DNA of 32,000 nt, taken from assembly GCF_001457595.1 (NCBI RefSeq), contig NZ_LN831039.1, forward strand, positions 3,900,001 to 3,932,000, read 5' to 3'. Below, piece by piece: positions 1 to 9,039 of the stretch (within the stretch, counting starts at the first letter, position 1; every line of letters begins with the position of its first letter). The notes beneath the pieces are model-generated. The model saw only the letters and a program-made list of their open reading frames with translations, searched no databases and was not told where the DNA came from. A program made the translations under genes and the position numbers. Origin of the DNA: Mycolicibacterium smegmatis. GTDB lineage: Bacteria > Actinomycetota > Actinomycetes > Mycobacteriales > Mycobacteriaceae.

Positions 1-929
1 AACCAGCTATCACGGAGTTTGATTGGCCTTTCACCCCTACCCACAGCTCATCCCCTCAGTCTTCAACCTAAGTGGGTTCGGGCCTCCACGCGGTCTTACC
101 CGCGCTTCACCCTGGCCATGGGTAGATCACTCCGCTTCGGGTCCAGAACACACCACTACACCACACACTCTTGTGTGGATACGCCCTATTCAGACTCGCT
201 TTCGCTGCGGCTACCCCACCCGGGTTAACCTCGCGACATGTCCCTGACTCGCAGGCTCATTCTTCAAAAGGCACGCCATCACCCCACGACACGTCGAGGG
301 CTCTGACGGATTGTAAGCGCACGGTTTCAGGTACTCTTTCACTCCCCTCCCGGGGTACTTTTCACCATTCCCTCACGGTACTAATCCGCTATCGGTCACT
401 GGGAAGTATTCAGGCTTACCGGGTGGTCCCGGCAGATTCACAGCAGATTCCACGGGCCCGCTGCTACTCGGGAACACCATCAAGACAGACGTCGGGTTTT
501 CACGTACCGGGCTCTCACCGTCTACGGCAGGCCATCCCAAGCCATTTCCGCTAACCACAACATTTTCTCACTGCCCTCCAGCCAGGTAGAGCCGGAAAGA
601 TAGGTCCCACAACCCCGCACACACAACCCCTACCCGGTATCACATGCATACGGTTTAGCCATCCTCCGCTTTCGCTCGCCACTACTCACGGAATCACATT
701 TTGTTTTCTCTTCCTACGGGTACTGAGATGTTTCACTTCCCCGCGTTCCCCCCAGACGCCTATATATTCAGCGCCTGGTGACACGACATCACTCGTGCCG
801 GGTTTCCCCATTCGGACATCCTCGGATCAACGCTCGGTTGACAGCTCCCCGAGGCTTATCGCAGCCTCCTACGTCCTTCATCGGCTCCCAGTGCCAAGGC
901 ATCCACCATGCGCCCTTAAACACTTACAA
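1..929 (-). rRNA. rrl: 23S ribosomal RNA, 5' portion (3' part lies outside the window)
   Basis: Minus strand near 929 reads TAAGTGTTTAAGGGCGCATGGTGGATGCCTTGGCACTGGGAGCC, the canonical actinobacterial 23S 5' end; conserved 23S sequence continues to position 1. Confidence 0.95.
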
Positions 930-2821
<1,892 letters not shown>

Positions 2822-2939
2822 CAACCCATCCAAAGACAGGTGAATTCACAATCAGAGAAAATCTGACCTAACAAAAAGACACCAAAACTGGCATCAAAAA
2901 CATCCACCCCTAAACGGGAAAAAGAGGCGGACAAAAAAC

Positions 2940-3030
2940 AACAAACAAAAACCACCAAACACACTATTGAGTTCTCAAACAACACGCCCGACTTTGCCGC
3001 GCAAGAATCCGGCGGCTAAAAGCCGCTGCA
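2940..3030 (-). promoter_or_regulatory. rrn leader nut-like antitermination region (boxB-like hairpin, boxA-like, boxC-like)
   Basis: Minus strand GCGGCT-TTT-AGCCGC hairpin (3012-3026) followed by TGTTTGAGAACTCAATAGTGTGTTTGGTGG, matching the conserved mycobacterial rRNA leader organisation. Confidence 0.65.
2955..2969 (-). promoter_or_regulatory. Leader strand of pre-16S RNase III processing stem (partner at 1147-1161)
   Basis: Minus strand CAATAGTGTGTTTGG is complementary to ITS minus strand CCAGACACACTATTG (1147-1161) over 15 positions, one being a G.U pair. Confidence 0.75.
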
Positions 3031-3126
3031 TTCTCTAGTGGCAGCGAGGATCCCCCACCTTAGTGGGAGTCTCTCTCGGACTTTGTCTTCGCTTCCCGGC
3101 TGGGCCGTGTCGCTCTGACCTGGAAT

Positions 3127-3155
3127 AAGTTACGTCCTTGGAAACTGGGAGTCAA
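3127..3155 (-). promoter_or_regulatory. rrn operon promoter (rrnB P1-type): -35 TTGACT 3150-3155, 17-nt spacer, -10 TAACTT 3127-3132
   Basis: Near-consensus sigmaA hexamers on the minus strand about 300 nt upstream of 16S, starting 17 nt after the tyrS stop codon. Confidence 0.8.
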
Positions 3156-3172
3156 ATCCCCAGGTCAGAGGG

Positions 3173-4495
3173 CTATTTTCCCTGGTCAGACGCGGTCACC
3201 CGGCGCACCCCCGCAATGTGGCGCTTGCCACGCCGCAACACCAGCCAGCCCTCATGCAGGAAATCGGATTCTTGTGGTACCCACTCGTCGCTTTCGACGC
3301 GCGCGTTGTTCACATAAACGCCGCCCTCGGCGACCGTCCGACGCGCCGCTCCCTTGCTGTTCGACAGCCCGGTCGCCACCAGAAGGTCGACGATCGAGTC
3401 CGGCCCGCCAGGAGCCAGCTCGGCGACCTGGCCGTTGCCGGCCTCGCGCAACGCCGCCGACAACGTCGATTCGTCGAGGTCGGCGAGCTCGCCGCGGCCG
3501 AACAGTGCCCGACTGGCGTACTCGACCGATTTCGTCGCGCCTTCCCCGTGCACCAGAGTCGTCAGTTCACGGGCCAGACGACGCTGAGCAGCGCGTTCGT
3601 GCGGCCGGTTCTCGGTCGCGTCGGCGAGTTCAGCCAGCTCGTCGGGCGTCAGGAAGGTGAACCAGCGCAGGTAACCCAGGACGTCGGCGTCGGCCGTGTT
3701 GACGAAGTACTGGTACCAGGCATACGGGCTGGTCATCTCCGGATCCAGCCAGAGATTGCCACCACCGGTCGATTTGCCGAACTTCTTGCCCTCGGAGTCG
3801 GTGACCAGCGGCGTCGTCATCGCGTGAACCGTCGCGCCGATCTTCTGACGCACCAGCCGCACGCCGGCGACGATGTTGCCCCACTGGTCGGATCCGCCGA
3901 CCTGCAATGCGCAACCGTGCCGTTGGTGCAGTTCGACGTAGTCGTTGGCCTGCAACAGCATGTAGCTGAACTCGGTGTAGGAGATGCCGTCACCCTCCAG
4001 GCGGCGGCGCACGGTCTCGCGGTCGAGCATGACGTTGACCGAGAAGTACTTGCCGATGTCACGCAGGAAGCTGATCGCCGAGAGCTCCCCGGTCCAGGTC
4101 AGGTTGTTCTCGACGATGGCGCCGGTCGGCGAGCCGTCGAACTCCACGAACCGTTCGAGCTGGCCGCGGATCCGGTCCGCCCAGTCGGCCACGGTGTCCT
4201 CGGTGTTCATCGTGCGCTCGCCGGTGTCCCGGGGATCACCGATCATCCCGGTCGCGCCGCCGGCCAGCACGATGGGCCGATGGCCGGCCTGCTGGAAACG
4301 GCGCAGCGTGAGCAGCGGAACCAGATGCCCCGCGTGCAGGCTCGGAGCGGTCGGATCGAACCCGGAATAGACGGTCATCGGCCCCTTGGCGAGGTCGCTC
4401 GCCAAGGCCTCACGGTCCGTCGACTGTGCGATCAGCCCGCGCCAGTCCAACTCATCGAGGATTCCGGTTGCGCTTGAAGTCACGGGAACGATCAT
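3173..4495 (-). CDS. tyrS: Tyrosyl-tRNA synthetase (start could be ATG 4495 or a downstream in-frame GTG at 4483-4481)
   Basis: 440-aa ORF with class I aaRS features: [38 protein letters not shown]. Confidence 0.97.
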   Translation of the reverse strand: MIVPVTSSATGILDELDWRGLIAQSTDREALASDLAKGPMTVYSGFDPTAPSLHAGHLVPLLTLRRFQQAGHRPIVLAGGATGMIGDPRDTGERTMNTEDTVADWADRIRGQLERFVEFDGSPTGAIVENNLTWTGELSAISFLRDIGKYFSVNVMLDRETVRRRLEGDGISYTEFSYMLLQANDYVELHQRHGCALQVGGSDQWGNIVAGVRLVRQKIGATVHAMTTPLVTDSEGKKFGKSTGGGNLWLDPEMTSPYAWYQYFVNTADADVLGYLRWFTFLTPDELAELADATENRPHERAAQRRLARELTTLVHGEGATKSVEYASRALFGRGELADLDESTLSAALREAGNGQVAELAPGGPDSIVDLLVATGLSNSKGAARRTVAEGGVYVNNARVESDEWVPQESDFLHEGWLVLRRGKRHIAGVRRVTASDQGK

Positions 4496-4501
4496 CCCGC
4501 A

Positions 4502-5125
4502 TCAGTCACTGCTGCCGGGCGCCGGTGCTCGCGGGCTGCGCCGGTAAGCCGACACCTCGGGCGTCGACGCGAGCCAGAAACGCCACGGACGATCGGCCGC
4601 CTGGCTGACCCCGACGCGGGGGCCTTCGAGAACGTCGGCCGACCCCGGAGCGCGTCCGTCAAGACTCAACCGGACCGGGCTCGCGTCGTCGAAGAGGTCG
4701 ATTCCGTTGTCTTCCATGACGATTCCGAGAGCAGAGCACAGATTTCCGGGTCCGCGGGCCAACCCCTTGGGCGGCACCTGCGGGCCGCGTCGACGCTGTG
4801 CACTGTCGACTCCGTCCGTCACGACCGCTGCGCGCAGCAGTACGGCGCCGGCCACCCCGTCGTATCCACACACGACATTGGCGCATACGTGGATGCCGTG
4901 ACTGCGGTAGGTGTACAGGTGCCCCGGCGGACCGAACATCACCGAGTTCCGCACGCCGGGCCCGCGGAACGAATGCGACGCCGCGTCCGGCCACGGGCCG
5001 TCCGGCGGTCCGCCGTAGGCCTCGACCTCGACGATCGTGGCGGTGACGTCCCGCCCGACGAGGTGGGCGCCGATCAGCCGACGTGCCGCGGCGATCGGAT
5101 CACCGGTCAGCAGGTCGACGCTCAT
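4502..5125 (-). CDS. mpg: 3-methyladenine DNA glycosylase (AAG/MPG family)
   Basis: 207 aa, [25 protein letters not shown]...[26 protein letters not shown], typical AAG motifs; 6 nt upstream of the tyrS ORF. Confidence 0.93.
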   Translation of the reverse strand: MSVDLLTGDPIAAARRLIGAHLVGRDVTATIVEVEAYGGPPDGPWPDAASHSFRGPGVRNSVMFGPPGHLYTYRSHGIHVCANVVCGYDGVAGAVLLRAAVVTDGVDSAQRRRGPQVPPKGLARGPGNLCSALGIVMEDNGIDLFDDASPVRLSLDGRAPGSADVLEGPRVGVSQAADRPWRFWLASTPEVSAYRRSPRAPAPGSSD

Positions 5126-5152
5126 CGATGCGATTGTGCCTGTTCCTTTTGT

Positions 5153-5168
5153 GTCAAGTTTTCTTGAC
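5153..5168. promoter_or_regulatory. Candidate operator 1: GTCAAG-tttt-CTTGAC
   Basis: Perfect 6-bp dyad with 4-nt spacer in the divergent mpg/HTH promoter region; same half-sites and spacing as 5181-5196. Confidence 0.7.
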
Positions 5169-5193
5169 GCCGCTCATGTCGTCAAGCTAACTT
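5164..5193 (+). promoter_or_regulatory. Candidate sigmaA promoter for leaderless transcript of the HTH gene: -35 TTGACG 5164-5169, -10 TAACTT 5188-5193
   Basis: 18-nt spacer; the base 7 nt downstream of the -10 is the A of the ATG at 5200; no Shine-Dalgarno. Confidence 0.6.
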
Positions 5194-5206
5194 GACGACA
5201 TGAGCG
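5171..5206. repeat. Perfect 16-bp inverted repeat with 4-nt spacer containing candidate operator 2 (GTCAAG-ctaa-CTTGAC, 5181-5196)
   Basis: CGCTCATGTCGTCAAG-ctaa-CTTGACGACATGAGCG; the right arm includes the ATG start codon of the HTH gene (5200-5202). Confidence 0.95.
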
Positions 5207-5409
5207 ACGAACCGACCACCGATGCCATGGCCAGCGTGGATCCCGCGGTCGGGCTCGATGCGGTGCGCGCACTGCGCCGCCTGCAGGAACGACTCGAGGC
5301 CATCCACGTCGCGAATGCCCGCGCACAGGGCTGGAGCTGGCAGGCCATCGCGGCCGCCCTCGGCGTCAGTCGCCAGGCCGTCCACCAGAAGTACAACCGG
5401 AGGAGTTGA
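5200..5409 (+). CDS. Small helix-turn-helix DNA-binding protein (69 aa)
   Basis: GWSWQAIAAALGVSRQAVHQKYNRR is a clear HTH; N-terminal helical region AVRALRRLQERLEAIHVANARAQ. Confidence 0.88.
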   Translation: MSDEPTTDAMASVDPAVGLDAVRALRRLQERLEAIHVANARAQGWSWQAIAAALGVSRQAVHQKYNRRS

Positions 5410-5411
5410 CG

Positions 5412-5978
5412 ATGTTCGAGCGGTTCAGCCGGCATGCCCGCGTCGCGGTGGTGCTCGCCCAGGAGGAGGCGCGGGAACTGCAATGCGATGAGATCCGGCC
5501 CGAACACCTGCTGGTGGGAGTGCTGCAGAGTGCCGGGCGCGACCTCGGCGCGCTGCTCGCGGGCCACGGACTGACCGCGGAGGCCGTGCGGGCTGGACTC
5601 GGCGCCGTTGCCACCCCGGAGGACGAGACCTTCGAGCGCGACGCCGACGCGCTGCGGTCGATCGGCATCGATCTGCATGCCGTGCGCGACAGTGTGTCGC
5701 GCAGTTTCGGCGCCGATGCATGGGACGGCGCGTTACAGCGCTCCGGACGACGCCGTCGCCGCCGCGGGCATATCCCGTTCACCAAGCCCGCCAAGAAGGC
5801 GCTCGAGCTGGCGCTGCGAGAAGCCCTCGCGCACAAGGACTCTGTCATCGAATCCGAGCATGTGCTGCTCGGGATCCTGCGGGGCGCCGACGACCACACG
5901 CTGTCGCTGATCACCGAGTACGTCGACGTCGCGCGGTTGCGGGCCGACATCGTCGGCCTGCTGGAGTCCGCCGCCTGA
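5412..5978 (+). CDS. Clp N-terminal domain protein lacking AAA+ ATPase modules
   Basis: FERFSRHARVAVVLAQEEARELQCDEIRPEHLLVGVLQ and KKALELALREALAHKDSVIESEHVLLGILR are two Clp-N repeats; no Walker motifs; SD GGAGG upstream of ATG 5412; alternative TTG at 5406 overlaps the HTH stop. Confidence 0.88.
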   Translation: MFERFSRHARVAVVLAQEEARELQCDEIRPEHLLVGVLQSAGRDLGALLAGHGLTAEAVRAGLGAVATPEDETFERDADALRSIGIDLHAVRDSVSRSFGADAWDGALQRSGRRRRRRGHIPFTKPAKKALELALREALAHKDSVIESEHVLLGILRGADDHTLSLITEYVDVARLRADIVGLLESAA

Positions 5979-5992
5979 GCCAGGCGCCGCCG

Positions 5993-6012
5993 GCGCCGAA
6001 ATGTCTCGGCGC
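5993..6012 (+). terminator. Terminator-like hairpin GCGCCGA-aatgtc... (7-bp stem, 6-nt loop), no U-tract
   Basis: gcgccga (5993-5999) / tcggcgc (6006-6012), starting 15 nt after the Clp-N stop codon. Confidence 0.35.
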
Positions 6013-6041
6013 ATCGTCTTCCCACCGGACTACGGCAGGCC

Positions 6042-6047
6042 TAGAAT
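6042..6047 (+). promoter_or_regulatory. Candidate -10 box TAGAAT for a leaderless or near-leaderless ABC transporter mRNA
   Basis: TAGAAT ends 8 nt before ATG 6055; no clear -35. Confidence 0.4.
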
Positions 6048-6054
6048 TCATTGC

Positions 6055-6819
6055 ATGATGACTTCATCGCGCGATGAATTGTCGGGAGCGCCGGCCGAAC
6101 GGGAACCCGCGGTCGACATCGACGGATTGCACGTCGTGCGCGGCGGCAGACCCGTGGTGCGCGACGTGACCGTACGCATCGCGCGCGGCACCATCACCGG
6201 CCTGCTCGGCCCGTCGGGCTGCGGCAAGACGACTCTCATGCGCTGCATCGTCGGCACCCAGATCGTCGCGAAAGGGACGGTCACGGTGCTCGGCCACCCG
6301 GCGGGCTCGGCCCCGCTGCGGCACCGCGTCGGTTACGTGACGCAGAACCCCACGATCTACGACGACCTGCGCGTCATCGACAACGTGCGCTACTTCGCGG
6401 CGCTGTACGGCACCTCCCCCGCAGCGGCCGATCAGGCCGTCGACGCGGTCGGCCTCGGTGACCAGCGCAGCGCATACTGCGGCAATCTCTCGGGAGGCCA
6501 GCGCACACGCGCGTCGCTCGCATGTGCGCTGGTCGCCGAACCCGAACTGCTGGTCCTCGACGAGCCGACCGTCGGACTCGACCCAGTTCTCCGCGTCGAT
6601 CTGTGGCAGCAGTTCAACGACCTGGCCGCGAAAGGCACCACGCTGCTGGTCTCCAGTCACGTCATGGATGAGGCAGATCACTGCGGTGACCTGCTGCTCA
6701 TGCGCGAGGGCCGGCTCCTCGCCCACACCACCCCGGCCCGGCTTCGAGAGGACACCTCATGCAGTTCCCTGGAACAAGCGTTCCTGGCCGTCATCAGGCA
6801 GTACACCGCGGCAGCGTGA
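6055..6819 (+). CDS. ABC transporter ATP-binding protein (Rv1687c-like; the ORF track begins at 6001)
   Basis: Walker A GPSGCGKTT, signature LSGGQRTR, Walker B ELLVLDEP; MMTSSRDELSG start preferred from context. Confidence 0.92.
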   Translation: MMTSSRDELSGAPAEREPAVDIDGLHVVRGGRPVVRDVTVRIARGTITGLLGPSGCGKTTLMRCIVGTQIVAKGTVTVLGHPAGSAPLRHRVGYVTQNPTIYDDLRVIDNVRYFAALYGTSPAAADQAVDAVGLGDQRSAYCGNLSGGQRTRASLACALVAEPELLVLDEPTVGLDPVLRVDLWQQFNDLAAKGTTLLVSSHVMDEADHCGDLLLMREGRLLAHTTPARLREDTSCSSLEQAFLAVIRQYTAAA

Positions 6820-7586
6820 GTGTTCGGCGGCCGGGTTCGCGCGCGTACCTCGCCACCACCACCCGGATCCTGCGGCAACTCGCCGGCGACCACCGCAGCG
6901 TCGCGATGATCCTGCTGGTGCCGAGCCTGATCATCACGCTGATCTATTTCATGTTCGACGACGTCCCGCAGCGCCCCGGCGCACCGTCGCCGTTCGACAC
7001 CGCGTGCCTGATCATGCTCGGTGTCTTCCCGCTGATCGTGATGTTCCTGATCACGTCGATCACCATGCAACGCGAACGCGTGTCGGGGACGCTCGAACGC
7101 ATTCTGACCACACCGTTGCGACGGTTCGATCTGTTGGCGGCGTACGGCACGGCGTTCTCGCTCGCGGCCGCCGCCCAGGCCACCCTCGCCTGCATCGTCG
7201 CGTTCTGGTTGCTGGGGTTTCACACCGAGGGCAGCCCGCTGCTGGTGGTCGGCATCGCGATCGTCAACGCCGTGCTGGGTGTCGGACTCGGCCTGCTGTG
7301 CAGTGCGTTCGCGCGCACCGAGTTCCAGGCCGTGCAGTTCATGCCGCTGGTCATCGCGCCGCAGCTGCTGTTGTGCGGGATCATCGTGCCGCGCGCCGCG
7401 CTGCCGGAGTGGCTGCAGTGGGTGAGCAACGCGCTGCCCGCCAGTTACGCGTTGGAGGCACTGCAGGAGGTCGGCGCATATCCTGACCTGACTGCCACCG
7501 CGGTACGCGACATCTCTGTGGTGGTGGGGTTCGCCGTGCTGGCGCTGTGTCTGGCGGCGGCGACACTGCGCAGACGGACACCATGA
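6816..7586 (+). CDS. ABC-2 type transporter permease (Rv1686c-like)
   Basis: Several hydrophobic segments (VAMILLVPSLIITLIYFMFDD, FPLIVMFLITS, LLAAYGTAFSLAAAAQATLACIVAFWLLG); GTG 6816 overlaps the ATPase stop as GTGA. Confidence 0.85.
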   Translation: MSVRRPGSRAYLATTTRILRQLAGDHRSVAMILLVPSLIITLIYFMFDDVPQRPGAPSPFDTACLIMLGVFPLIVMFLITSITMQRERVSGTLERILTTPLRRFDLLAAYGTAFSLAAAAQATLACIVAFWLLGFHTEGSPLLVVGIAIVNAVLGVGLGLLCSAFARTEFQAVQFMPLVIAPQLLLCGIIVPRAALPEWLQWVSNALPASYALEALQEVGAYPDLTATAVRDISVVVGFAVLALCLAAATLRRRTP

Positions 7587-7599
7587 CCCGAGGAACGAG

Positions 7600-8235
7600 T
7601 TGACCGCCACCTCTGACACCGGACGCGCGCGCAAACGCCCCGGCCGACCGCCCGGCGCGTCGGACACCCGCGATCGGATCCTCGCGTCGGCACGAGAGTT
7701 GTTCGCGCGCAACGGCTTCGACAAGACCTCGATCCGTGCGGTCGCGGCGGGTGCCGACGTCGACCCGGCACTGGTCCATCACTACTTCGGCACCAAGACC
7801 CAGCTGTTCGCGGCGGCCATCCACATTCCCATCGACCCGCTGGAGGTCATCGGGCCGCTGCGCGAGGTGCCCGTCGAGCAGATCGGGCACACCCTGCCGA
7901 GGCTGCTGCTGCCGCTGTGGGATTCCGAACTCGGCAAGGGCTTCATCGCCACGTTGCGGTCGATACTGGCCGGCAACGACGTGTCCCTCGTGCGGTCGTT
8001 CCTGCAGGAGGTCATCGTCGGCGAGGTCGGCTCGCGCGTCGACAACCCGGCCGGCAGCGGCCGCATCCGCGTGCAGTACGTGGCATCGCAGCTGGTGGGT
8101 GTCGTGATGGCGCGCTACATCCTCGAACTCGAACCGTTCAAGTCGCTGCCGGTCGAGCAGATCGCCGAGACCATCGGCCCGAACCTGCAGCGTTATCTCA
8201 CCGGCGAGTTACCGGGATTCGGCGCGCTCGATTAG
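7600..8235 (+). CDS. TetR/AcrR-family transcriptional regulator
   Basis: DTRDRILASARELFARNGFDKTSIRAVAAGADVDPALVHHYFGTKTQLF, canonical TetR N-terminal HTH; starts TTG 7600. Confidence 0.93.
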   Translation: MTATSDTGRARKRPGRPPGASDTRDRILASARELFARNGFDKTSIRAVAAGADVDPALVHHYFGTKTQLFAAAIHIPIDPLEVIGPLREVPVEQIGHTLPRLLLPLWDSELGKGFIATLRSILAGNDVSLVRSFLQEVIVGEVGSRVDNPAGSGRIRVQYVASQLVGVVMARYILELEPFKSLPVEQIAETIGPNLQRYLTGELPGFGALD

Positions 8236-8418
8236 CCGTTGGTGTTCGGCGTCGTCCTCGATCGCGACCGCCTCGTCGACCAGCAACACCGGGATGCCGT
8301 CCTCGATGCGGTAGGCCCGGCGCAGCCGCGGGTTGTACAGCCATTCGTCACCGACCAGTAGGAGCGGACCGCGATCCTGCGGGCAGACCAGGATGCTCAG
8401 CAGTTTTTCGTCGATCAC
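8209..8418 (-). CDS. Trm112/UPF0434-family protein (Rv1684-like)
   Basis: 69 aa, LLSILVCPQDRGPLLL...YNPRLRRAYRIEDGIPVLLVDEA; 3' end overlaps the convergent TetR gene by 27 bp. Confidence 0.88.
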   Translation of the reverse strand: MIDEKLLSILVCPQDRGPLLLVGDEWLYNPRLRRAYRIEDGIPVLLVDEAVAIEDDAEHQRLIERAESR

Positions 8419-8427
8419 ACCGCGACG

Positions 8428-8967
8428 CTATCCGACGGGCAGCGCGATGCCGCCACTCGGCCCGATGAACACTCCGGTGTTGTTCGGGTTGGTCGGGTCG
8501 ACCGGCATGCCGGGAGGCGCCTGGTTGATGCCGGCGGTGACCCCGCCGCTGGTGACCGACGCCTGGTTCTGGGCCTGCAGCTTGCGCTGGTAGGACAGCG
8601 TGCTCTTGAGCGCCTCGACGAGCGGAGTCTGGTTGGGGCGCTTGTCGAGTGCCTCCGCGAGCGCGGTCGCGTTGGAGTTGGACGGACGGTAGCCCTGCTG
8701 GCGCAGTTTCATCACGTCGTGGATCAGGTTGGAGACCTGTCCCCCGCCGCGGCCCGTGGCGTATTCGTTGGCGATCTGGGCCAGCACCTCATCGGGCGAG
8801 ATCTTCGGTACCGGCGCGTCGTTCTCCTTGGTTGACGGCACCGCGTACGCAGTCGGCGCGGCGGCGCCGATCAGAAGTCCAGTAGCCAGTGCGCCGCCCG
8901 CGATGGCTGCGGGGACGGCGCGGCGCCAACCGTAGGGTTTCGTGCTGCCAGTTCGTGCTGCCATCAA
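8428..8967 (-). CDS. Exported conserved mycobacterial hypothetical protein
   Basis: 179 aa with a Sec-type signal: WRRAVPAAIAGGALATGLLIGAAAPTAYA-VPS; proline/asparagine-rich C-terminus. Confidence 0.8.
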   Translation of the reverse strand: MMAARTGSTKPYGWRRAVPAAIAGGALATGLLIGAAAPTAYAVPSTKENDAPVPKISPDEVLAQIANEYATGRGGGQVSNLIHDVMKLRQQGYRPSNSNATALAEALDKRPNQTPLVEALKSTLSYQRKLQAQNQASVTSGGVTAGINQAPPGMPVDPTNPNNTGVFIGPSGGIALPVG

Positions 8968-9039
8968 TCCTCCAGTCAGTCTGCCGCCAGCGGGAGCCTA
9001 ACAGCGCCCCCGCCGCCGGGCACGGTGGTTCGTGATGCC

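Noticed and set aside
5171-5206. Hairpin interpreted as an RNA attenuator or terminator for the HTH gene
   Set aside because: The predicted start site coincides with ATG 5200, so the mRNA would lack the left arm; a DNA-level operator is more likely.
4502-8235. Defence island hypothesis around the HTH/Clp-N and ABC genes
   Set aside because: No nuclease, toxin, methyltransferase or mobile-element genes; the ABC pair and TetR look like conserved mycobacterial chromosomal genes.
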